From: an uncultured delta proteobacterium
GTDB taxonomy: Bacteria; Myxococcota; Myxococcia; Myxococcales; Anaeromyxobacteraceae
Length of the DNA stretch: 64,000 bases
NCBI GenBank assembly: GCA_963845515.1
Contig: CAWJSR010000057.1
Span: 1 to 64,000 of the forward strand
Direction of reading: 5' to 3'
Part shown: piece by piece, positions 56,428 to 64,000 of the stretch
Numbering within the stretch: the stretch's first letter is position 1
How the letters are laid out: each line of letters opens with the position of its first letter
Program-made: the position numbers and the translations under genes
Notes under the pieces: generated by a model
What the model was told of the DNA's origin: nothing
Database searches by the model: none
What the model saw: the letters and a program-made list of their open reading frames with translations, nothing else

Positions 56428-58221
56428 TCAGCCCCCCGAAGACTCGCCGCCACCAGCCCCAGGGGCGGGCTGCTGGGGCGCCGCGGGTTCAGCGGTGCGG
56501 GGGGCGTCTTCAACAGCAGCCCCGGCCGCGTCGCCGCTGGCAGCCTCCCCGGCAGCCACCGGCGCGCCAGCCTCCGGGGTGCCGGGCGCAGCAGCGCCGT
56601 CGCGCCGACCGCGTCCCCCACGGCGGCGCCGGCGGCGACGCCGGCGGCGGCGTCCCTCTCCGCCCTCGCCAGCGGTGCCGGGCGCGGTGGATCCCTCGCC
56701 TCCAGCCTGGACCGACTGCTCCTCCGGCCCCTCGTCGGCGCCGTCGTCATCCTCGTCGCCGCCATCGTCGTCCGGCGACGAGGACCCCTCCTCGATCGTG
56801 GCTCGCACCTCGATGATCGAGCCCTGCCCTTCACCAGACGGCTCGGAGGCAGGGGGCGGCTCGGCCTCCTGCGTGCCGTCCGCGGCGGAGATCTCGACGG
56901 CCACCTCGGCCCTGGGCTCGCTCGGCTCCTGGTCCCGGCGACGTCCTTCGCGTCCTTCGCGTCCCTCGCGGCCTTCGCGCCCTTCGCGCCGATCCCGCTC
57001 CTCGCGCCGAACCTTCCTGGCCGACTCCTCCTCGGCCCCCTTGGCCGCCGCGTCCCTGAAGAAGGCTTCGTCGACCTCGGGAACGACGACCTGGCGGCAG
57101 CCGATCCCCGCCTCCGTGGCCGCCTCCGAGAGCGCCTCGCCGCAGAGGAGGATCACCGGAAGCTGGCCGCCCGCGCCCGCCTCTCCGCGGGCCTCGCGCT
57201 CGGGGTCCCCGGTCCCGATCACGACGCCGATCTGCGCGCCGTAGTTCGAGACGTCGCGACGAAGGTCCTGGACGTCGCGGCGCGTGACTTCACCGTGGGC
57301 CCTGAGGACGCGGATCGCGTGGCGAACGTTGGCCACGCCCAGCTGCTTCCGCGCCGTGTAGACCGCGTGCTCGCGGCCTCGCTTGACCACCTTGAGCTCC
57401 AGGTAGCCGAGCCGCTCGAGGAGCGCCGAGGCGAGGTGCTCGAATGTGGGCCCGTCGCAGTCGCGCATCCGACGACGAAGCGCTCCGAGCGCCGCCTTGC
57501 GGATGTCGGCGCCAGAGGCCGCCGCACGGGGGGAGGCCGCCGCGACCCGTTCGCCGGGCTCCGGCTGTGCCACCAGGGTGACCGTCTCGCCCTCGACCTC
57601 GAACAGGTTGCTGCGCCCCGCAGACTTGCGCCGGCGGTTGTCCTCGATGAGCGCAGCGCGCAGCGAGCCGAGATCGCGCACGAACGCTTCCGGCATCAGG
57701 AGCCGCTCCGCGCCCTGCGACGCGATCTCGACCAGCGACAGCGGCTTGCCGGCGCCAGCGAGGATCTCGTAGGCGACCTCGGAGGGAGGCGGGAAGCGCT
57801 TGGCGCGCTTCTCCTCGCCCTCCTCGCGCCGCCTTCCGCGCCCCTCTCCACGTCCCTCGCCACGCCCTTCGCCGCGCCCGGTGGACCGCACGACCTCGCG
57901 GCTCGGGATGGGATGGCGCTCCAGCGCGCGGTACGGAATCTCGTCGGCGGGAGGAGGCTCGATCAGGTTCTCGACGGCAGTGGGATCCTCTTCGAGCCCC
58001 CACTCCACGAGCGCAAAGGTACCGTGTTGTACGGCAATGACGCGTCGGTCGGCCTTGGGCAGGCGGCAATGGGCCACCAGCTGCCCCGCCATGGTCTCCT
58101 CCGGGATCTTCCCGACATGGTCGAGCAGATCTTCTCGGGCGGCGATCTCGGCGATCTTCGTGAAGTGAAGAGGCTTCCCCTCGCGCCGCAGCACCTCGAT
58201 GGCGGCTTCGGTGAAGGTCAT
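56428..58221 (-). CDS. HARE-HTH (x2), Mrr-like domain and acidic/Arg-rich tail protein
   Basis: MTFTEAAIEVLRREGKPLHF..I, VAYEILAGAGKPLSL and FEHLASALLERLGY motifs. Confidence 0.75.
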   Translation of the reverse strand: MTFTEAAIEVLRREGKPLHFTKIAEIAAREDLLDHVGKIPEETMAGQLVAHCRLPKADRRVIAVQHGTFALVEWGLEEDPTAVENLIEPPPADEIPYRALERHPIPSREVVRSTGRGEGRGEGRGEGRGRRREEGEEKRAKRFPPPSEVAYEILAGAGKPLSLVEIASQGAERLLMPEAFVRDLGSLRAALIEDNRRRKSAGRSNLFEVEGETVTLVAQPEPGERVAAASPRAAASGADIRKAALGALRRRMRDCDGPTFEHLASALLERLGYLELKVVKRGREHAVYTARKQLGVANVRHAIRVLRAHGEVTRRDVQDLRRDVSNYGAQIGVVIGTGDPEREARGEAGAGGQLPVILLCGEALSEAATEAGIGCRQVVVPEVDEAFFRDAAAKGAEEESARKVRREERDRREGREGREGREGREGRRRDQEPSEPRAEVAVEISAADGTQEAEPPPASEPSGEGQGSIIEVRATIEEGSSSPDDDGGDEDDDGADEGPEEQSVQAGGEGSTAPGTAGEGGEGRRRRRRRRRRRGGRGRRDGAAAPGTPEAGAPVAAGEAASGDAAGAAVEDAPRTAEPAAPQQPAPGAGGGESSGG

Positions 58222-58351
58222 TCAAGTCCTTGGTTGAAATTTCCAGGGGGGCGTCGTCGGTGACGAGCCTCCGCAAGTACCCGCATCATCGGGCCGCCGG
58301 TCCGGCGTGTCAACGGCCAAACCTCGCGATTCCCCAATGGTTATTGGCGGG

Positions 58352-59089
58352 TCAGACGCCCAGGAACAGCCGCTTGCCGAAGTTGAGGGCGAGGTCGGCA
58401 TCGAAGATCTTCTGGGCAGACGTCTCGATGTCGTAGGGCACGCGGATGTACTCCACCTCGCGCCGCTCTGTGTCGTACATCACGAAGCAGGCCCTGTTGT
58501 CACAGTCCCGGGGCTGGCCCACCGAGCCGACCGAGATCACGTACTTGTAGCCCTTCCGCAGCCCGAACTTGTGCGAGACCACCTCGTTGACATCGCCCGC
58601 GGAGTGGAGGGCGAAGACCTTGCAGAGGTGGGAGTGACCGATGAAGCTGACGTCGGCGAGGTCGTCGAAGTGTGGGACCAGCTCGAGCGCCTGCTCCATC
58701 GCGAAGACGTACTCGTAGGAAGGCGGCTCGAGCGGGGATCCGTGGGTGAAGCTCACGCCGTCGAGCGTGCGGTGCGAGTAAGGCAGCGTCCGCAGCCACT
58801 CCAGGTGGTCCAGGTCGATCCGGGCCGCGGTCCAGTCGAGGGCGTGGCGCGCCGCGTCGTAATAGAAGCTGTAGTCCATGCGCCCGGAGACCGCTGCGTC
58901 ATGGTTCCCCAGCAGCGTCACGGCCGAGATCTTCCGGATGAGCGCGCAGCACTCGTTCACGCTCGCGCCGTACCCGACCACGTCACCCAGGCAGATGACG
59001 GTGTCCGGCTCGAGACGTTCGAGAGCCGCCAGCGATTCGTTGAGCGCCTCGAGGTTCGAATGGATGTCGCTCAGGATCCCGATCCGCAT
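58352..59089 (-). CDS. Metallophosphoesterase
   Basis: SDIHSN, CLGDVVGYG, GNHD, HGSP, GHSH and GSVGQPRD motifs. Confidence 0.92.
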   Translation of the reverse strand: MRIGILSDIHSNLEALNESLAALERLEPDTVICLGDVVGYGASVNECCALIRKISAVTLLGNHDAAVSGRMDYSFYYDAARHALDWTAARIDLDHLEWLRTLPYSHRTLDGVSFTHGSPLEPPSYEYVFAMEQALELVPHFDDLADVSFIGHSHLCKVFALHSAGDVNEVVSHKFGLRKGYKYVISVGSVGQPRDCDNRACFVMYDTERREVEYIRVPYDIETSAQKIFDADLALNFGKRLFLGV

Positions 59090-59148
59090 TCGCCCGTGGC
59101 CACCCTTCGGAGGGGTCGGCGCATCGTAGCCGCCGTCCCTCCAGAGCG

Positions 59149-60087
59149 TCAACCCGCCGAGGCCTCGAAGAGGTCCTCTTCGAGCTCGTCGAAGTGTGCA
59201 AGCATCCGCGCCTCCGCGTACCGGTCCCGGATCTCGCCGGTCGTGAGGGTCCGGAGCCGGTCCAGGCTGAACTGCTCGACCACGTAGCTGGCGAGCACGC
59301 TGCCGAGGACGATTGCTCGACGGAGGACCCCGCGCTCCTCGCGACCCTGCCTGGCCAGGTAGCCCATGAAGCCGCCCGCGAAGCTGTCCCCGGCCCCGGT
59401 GGGATCGTAGACGTTGGGCAGCGGGAAGGCCGAGGCCATGAAGACCTCCTCCCCGGAGAAGAAGGCGGCGCCATACTCGCCGCGCTTGACCACCACGGCG
59501 CGGGGGCCCATCCGGAGGATGGCCTTCGCGGCCTTCACGACGTTGTGCTCGCCGGCGAGCTGGCGCGCCTCGGCGTCGTTGACGAAGACCATGTCGACGC
59601 GCTTGAACGTCTCGAGCAGGCTCGCGCGCTTGGACGTGATCCAGTAGTTCATCGTGTCGCAGGCGACGAAGCGGGGCGCACGGATCTGGTCCAGCACCTG
59701 CCTCTGCAGGTCCGGATCGATGTTGCCGAGGAAGACGTAGGCCGAGTCACGGAAGTGCTCCGGCAGCTCCGGCTTGAAGTCGGCGAAGACGTTGAGCTGC
59801 GTGTCGAGCGTGTGCGCCGTGTTCAGGTCGAACTCGTACCTGCCGCTCCAGCGAAAGGTCCTCCCCGGCCGGCGGACCAGGCCGCCGAGGTCGATCCCGC
59901 GCGAGGTCAGGAAGTCCACGTGCTCCGCCGGGAAGTCCTCGCCCACCACCGCGACCACGCGGGTGGGGAGGAAGAAGCTCGCGCAGGACGCGAAGTAGGC
60001 GGCCGAGCCGCCCAGGACGTCGGCGCGACGTCCGAACGGGGTCTCCAGCGTGTCCAGCGCGACCGAACCGACGACGAGCAGTGACAA
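59149..60087 (-). CDS. PfkB family carbohydrate/nucleoside kinase
   Basis: VVGSVALD, LGGSA and DPTGAGDSFAGG motifs; TTG start after AGGAGG. Confidence 0.92.
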   Translation of the reverse strand: MSLLVVGSVALDTLETPFGRRADVLGGSAAYFASCASFFLPTRVVAVVGEDFPAEHVDFLTSRGIDLGGLVRRPGRTFRWSGRYEFDLNTAHTLDTQLNVFADFKPELPEHFRDSAYVFLGNIDPDLQRQVLDQIRAPRFVACDTMNYWITSKRASLLETFKRVDMVFVNDAEARQLAGEHNVVKAAKAILRMGPRAVVVKRGEYGAAFFSGEEVFMASAFPLPNVYDPTGAGDSFAGGFMGYLARQGREERGVLRRAIVLGSVLASYVVEQFSLDRLRTLTTGEIRDRYAEARMLAHFDELEEDLFEASAG

Positions 60088-60154
60088 GGCGGCCTCCTGT
60101 TGCCGCGCGTGCGTTCGGCGGCGGGCGTTGCGTACCGTGGCGGCCCCGTCCAGG

Positions 60155-61228
60155 TCAACGTGAACCGTCTGGCTCACCCGCCGCCGCCAGCTGGCCGCAG
60201 GCGGCGGAGACGTCGCGCCCTCGGCTCTTGCGGACGACGGCGGTGAGCCCCAGCGCGGCCAGCCGCTCCCGGAAGCGGTCGATCCGCGCCGGCTCGGGCG
60301 CGCAGAGCGCGAGCCCGGGGTTCTCGTTGTAGGGGATCAGGTTCACCTTCGACGGGATCCCCTTGAGGATCCGGCCGAGCCGGTCGGCGTCCTCGTCAGA
60401 GTCGTTCACCCCCCCCAGCATCACGTACTCGAACGTGATGCGGCGCCCCTGCTTCATCGGGAACGCCCGGCACGCGCGCAGCAGCTCCGCGATCGGGTAG
60501 CGCTGGTTGACGGGCATGATCCGGCTGCGCGCCTCGTCGGTGGTGGCGTTGAGCGAGACCGCCAGCTTCACCTGCGTCTCCTCCCCGAGCCTCCGGATCA
60601 TCGGCGCGAGGCCGGCGGTCGAGACCGTGACGTGACGGTGGGAGAAGTTGGGTCCGTCCTCCGAGAGCAGGATGGCCAGGCCGGCCTTCAGGTTCTCGAA
60701 GTTGGCGAGCGGCTCCCCCATCCCCATGAAGACGAGGTTGGTCAGCGGCCGCGGTCCCTCCCCCTCGCCCAGCTCGACCAGGCGCCGGTTGGCCCGGTGG
60801 ACCTGATCGACGATCTCGCCCGCCGTGAGGTTGCGCAGGAGCCCCATGGTCGCGGTGAGGCAGAAGGTGCACCCCATGCCGCAGCCGACCTGCGACGAGA
60901 CGCAGAGCGTCTTCCGCTCGGTCTCCGGCATGTAGACCGACTCGACGGGGAGCCCGTCGGAGGTGCGCCACTTCCACTTGATCGTCCCATCGGCGGAGCG
61001 CTGCTCGGCCTCGCGCGACAGCGTCGTGAGCGCGCAGCGCGCAGCGAGAGCGGCCCTGAACGCCCGCGGCACGTCCGTCAGCTCGTCGAGCGACGCCGCG
61101 CCCCGGAGGTGGAGCCAGCGGTGGATCTGGCGCGCGCGAAAGGGTCGCTCGCCGAGCTCGCCCACCAGCGCCTCGAGCTCGGCGCGCCCCATCGAGCGCA
61201 GGTCAGGACGTGGATCACGCGCCGCCAT
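60155..61228 (-). CDS. rlmN: 23S rRNA m2A2503 methyltransferase RlmN
   Basis: CVSSQVGCGMGCTFC, MGMGEP and AACGQL motifs. Confidence 0.96.
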   Translation of the reverse strand: MAARDPRPDLRSMGRAELEALVGELGERPFRARQIHRWLHLRGAASLDELTDVPRAFRAALAARCALTTLSREAEQRSADGTIKWKWRTSDGLPVESVYMPETERKTLCVSSQVGCGMGCTFCLTATMGLLRNLTAGEIVDQVHRANRRLVELGEGEGPRPLTNLVFMGMGEPLANFENLKAGLAILLSEDGPNFSHRHVTVSTAGLAPMIRRLGEETQVKLAVSLNATTDEARSRIMPVNQRYPIAELLRACRAFPMKQGRRITFEYVMLGGVNDSDEDADRLGRILKGIPSKVNLIPYNENPGLALCAPEPARIDRFRERLAALGLTAVVRKSRGRDVSAACGQLAAAGEPDGSR

Positions 61229-61232
61229 GCGA

Positions 61233-62603
61233 TCAGCCCCCCGCAGCCGGCATCGCGGGGGCCGGGGCCGGCGCGGGCTCCTCGGTCGCCGACGAGGTCC
61301 TCGCGATCTCGACGCGCGTGACGCGCCGCTCGTCGCCGGCCCTCACGGCGAAGGTGAGGCCGTCCCAGGCGATCACGGCACCCACGGGGGGCACCCGGCC
61401 GGCGTGAGCGGTGACGAAGCCGCCCAGCGTCTCGAAGTCGCCCTCCTCCGGGAACCTCACCTGGGGGGCGCGCTCGCCGTCGGGGGCGAGCGGCTCGGCA
61501 CCCTGACGCTGGTTCAGCAGGGCCTCGAGCTCGTGGAGCGGCACCGACGCATCGGCTAGCCAGACGCCGTCAGCGATCACCTTCACCGGGGCGGACTCGA
61601 CGTCTGCCTCGTCCTGGATCTCGCCCACGATCTCCTCGATCACGTCCTCCAGGGTCACGAGGCCGCTCGTGCCGCCGAACTCGTCGACGACGACGGCGAT
61701 GTGCGTCTTTCGCCGCTGCATCTCCTTCAGCAGGCGGGAGATCTTCATCTGCTCGGGGACGAAGAACGGGGACTTGATGTGCTCCTCCAGCGAGACCTTC
61801 CCGCCTCCCAGCACCGCAGGGAGGACGTCGCGAACGAGCAGCACGCCGACCACGTTGTCGATCGACCCGTCATAGACCGGCATCCGGCTGTACGGGTTCT
61901 CGCGGACGACGCGGAGCAGCTCTTCCGGGGTCGCCTCGCGGTCGAGCGCCGCCATCCGCGTGCGCGGGATCATGATCTCGCGCACGACCCGGTCGGCGAA
62001 CTCCAGGACGCTGTTCAGCAGCTCCTCCTTCACCTCGTCGAGGACCCCCTCCCGCGAGCCCATCTCGATCAGGTACTCGATCTCCTCGCTCGTCACGGTC
62101 GGCCCCCTGGTGGCGCCACCTCCAAAGAACCCGACCAGGAGGCTGGTCCCTTTCGTCGTGGCGGTCGCGAGCGGCCAGAGGAGGAAGCTGATCGCGCGAA
62201 CGAGCGGGATGGAGAGCATCGAGACCCTGACCGGGTGGCGCTTCCCCACGGTCTTGGGGACGATCTCGCCCAGGAAGAGGACGACGGCGGTCGTGGTCGC
62301 CGTCGCGGCGGCGAAGACCGACGCCGCGTTCCACCAGGGGTGCGCGGCGACGAGGTCTGCGGCGATCGACCCGGCGAGCGCGCCCGACCCGATGTTGACG
62401 AGCGTGTTGACGATGAGGAGCGTCGAGAGCGTCCGCTCGGGCTGCTCGATCCAGAGGGAGAGCATCCTGGCGCGCCGCCCGCCGGCGTCGCGCAGCTGTC
62501 GCGCGCGAGCGTCGCCGAGCGCCGTCAACGCGGTCTCCGTCCCCGAGCAGAACGCGGACGCGAAGAGGAAGGCGAACGCCAGGAACCACTTCCATGTCTC
62601 CAC
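61233..62603 (-). CDS. CNNM/CBS/CorC hemolysin-family protein
   Basis: SGTETAL, GEIVPK, YSRMPV and VVDEFGGTSGLVTLEDVIEEIVGEI motifs. Confidence 0.92.
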   Translation of the reverse strand: METWKWFLAFAFLFASAFCSGTETALTALGDARARQLRDAGGRRARMLSLWIEQPERTLSTLLIVNTLVNIGSGALAGSIAADLVAAHPWWNAASVFAAATATTTAVVLFLGEIVPKTVGKRHPVRVSMLSIPLVRAISFLLWPLATATTKGTSLLVGFFGGGATRGPTVTSEEIEYLIEMGSREGVLDEVKEELLNSVLEFADRVVREIMIPRTRMAALDREATPEELLRVVRENPYSRMPVYDGSIDNVVGVLLVRDVLPAVLGGGKVSLEEHIKSPFFVPEQMKISRLLKEMQRRKTHIAVVVDEFGGTSGLVTLEDVIEEIVGEIQDEADVESAPVKVIADGVWLADASVPLHELEALLNQRQGAEPLAPDGERAPQVRFPEEGDFETLGGFVTAHAGRVPPVGAVIAWDGLTFAVRAGDERRVTRVEIARTSSATEEPAPAPAPAMPAAGG

Positions 62604-62759
62604 TGCTGCCAACGGCTTCAGTCCTTCCTTTCCCCCGCAAACTGCGACGCCCGCCTGTGAGGCGGGCGCGCTGTGAGTCACATACTAACGCGGAAACGGA
62701 TGACGGCAGGTCCCGGCCGGGGCGTCCGACCGAAACCTGCCGTCATTACAGGCCCTTGG

Positions 62760-63203
62760 CTAGCGCTTATCCTTCCAGTTGTAGCCGTGGATCTCGACCT
62801 CGGGGAAGAAGTAGCTCACCTCGATCCGGGCGTTCTCCACGCTGTCCGAGCCGTGGACGGTGTTCTTCTCGATGTCGGTGGCGAAGTCCTTGCGGAGGGT
62901 GCCGTCGGCCGCCTTCTTGGGGTCCGTCGCGCCCATGATGTCCCGGTTCTTCAGGACCGCGTTCTCTCCCTCGAGGACCATCAGGACGACCGGTCCGCTG
63001 GTCATGGACTCGACGAGGCTGCCGAAGAACGGGCGGGCCTTGTGGACCGCGTAGAAGCCCTCGGCCTCGGCCCTGGAGAGCCGCTTCAGCTTGATCGCGA
63101 TGGGCTTGAGGTCGGCGGTCTCGAAGCGGCTGATGACCCGCCCGATGATGCCCTTCTCGACCCCGTCCGGCTTGACGATGGAAAGCGTACGCTCGATTGC
63201 CAT
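62760..63203 (-). CDS. ndk: Nucleoside diphosphate kinase
   Basis: [11 protein letters not shown] and NTVHGSDS motifs. Confidence 0.97.
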   Translation of the reverse strand: MAIERTLSIVKPDGVEKGIIGRVISRFETADLKPIAIKLKRLSRAEAEGFYAVHKARPFFGSLVESMTSGPVVLMVLEGENAVLKNRDIMGATDPKKAADGTLRKDFATDIEKNTVHGSDSVENARIEVSYFFPEVEIHGYNWKDKR

Positions 63204-63330
63204 TGCTCTTCTCCGTTCTTGCGCTGATGTGGCCGCCGCCTTGACGCGTGGACATCCCCCGCGCCGCGGCTGGCCATGTCCTGGGGAGGGCGCCCTCCGC
63301 ATGAACCGCGTAGCGCCCGGCGCGCCCCTT

Positions 63331-64000
63331 TTACCCGGTTCGACGGCTTTCCGCGAGGGCGCGCTTCATGGCGTCGCCCATGAGGTGGGGCGCCTCGCAG
63401 ACGGTGATCCCCGCCTCGCGGAAGGCGGCGAGCTTGGCCTCCGCAGTGCCGGCGTTCCCCGCGATCACCGCGCCGGCGTGCCCCATCCGCTTGCCGGGCG
63501 GCGCGGTACGGCCGGCGATGAAGCCCACGACCGGCTTGGTCATCGCCTCGCGGACGAAGGCGGCCGCCTGCTCCTCCTCGGCGCCGCCGATCTCGCCGAT
63601 GAGGATCACGGCGTCGGTCCCCTCGTCGGCCTCGAAGGCGGAGAGGATGTCGACGAAGCCGAGCCCGTGGACCGGATCGCCTCCGATCCCCACCGCCGTG
63701 GACTGGCCCATCCCCAGGTCGCTGAGCTGCTTCACCGCCTCGTAGGTGAGCGTCCCGGAGCGCGAAACCACCCCTATCCTCCCCGGCTGGTGCACGTGAC
63801 CGGGCATGATCCCGATCTTGCACTGCCCCGGCGTTATCACCCCCGGGCAGTTCGGCCCGATCAACCTCACGCCGGGAGCGCACCCCAGGTACCGCTTCAC
63901 CTGGACCATGTCCAACGTCGGGATCCCCTCGGTGATCGCGACGATCAGCCCGACCCCTGACTCCGCTGCCTCGATGATCGCGTCGGCCGCCCCCCGCGGC
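63331..64000 (-). CDS. sucD: Succinyl-CoA synthetase alpha subunit (5'-partial)
   Basis: [16 protein letters not shown] and MGHAGA motifs. Confidence 0.96.
   Translation of the reverse strand, partial: PRGAADAIIEAAESGVGLIVAITEGIPTLDMVQVKRYLGCAPGVRLIGPNCPGVITPGQCKIGIMPGHVHQPGRIGVVSRSGTLTYEAVKQLSDLGMGQSTAVGIGGDPVHGLGFVDILSAFEADEGTDAVILIGEIGGAEEEQAAAFVREAMTKPVVGFIAGRTAPPGKRMGHAGAVIAGNAGTAEAKLAAFREAGITVCEAPHLMGDAMKRALAESRRTG

Noticed and set aside
56941..56990. 9-bp tandem repeat (gtccttcgc-like)
   Set aside because: It simply encodes the (EGR)n low-complexity segment of the HARE-HTH protein.

Overview
High-GC window from an Anaeromyxobacter-like myxobacterium (inferred from gene content). Most of it is housekeeping: recG, greA, carB, coaD, rsmD, CDF transporter, BamA/TolB-like surface protein, GDH, ABC exporter, degP, patatin, pheA, Hsp70, UvrD, aspartokinase, lipB/lpdA/lipA, moaA, thiC, eno, glpX, rlmN, ndk and sucD. 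Several of these carry single-base frameshifts that look like assembly errors. Three accessory features stand out. (1) tRNA-Thr(CGT) is an integration hotspot: its 3' end is present three times, delimiting two small tandem islands (13.7-19.5 kb). They contain a tyrosine-integrase C-terminal remnant, a disrupted DUF4365-like PD-(D/E)xK nuclease and small orphan genes. (2) A stand-alone HNH endonuclease gene (31.4-32.5 kb) is bracketed by inverted repeats, has a hairpin-rich ~360-nt 5' leader and has no transposase. It is my best candidate for an undescribed mobile or RNA-associated nuclease element. (3) A REP-like palindrome family serves as the insertion target of an ISAs1 element and is also translated in-frame inside an unusual CheW-TM-LysM protein. 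All family assignments come from motif recognition by eye; no database search was run.
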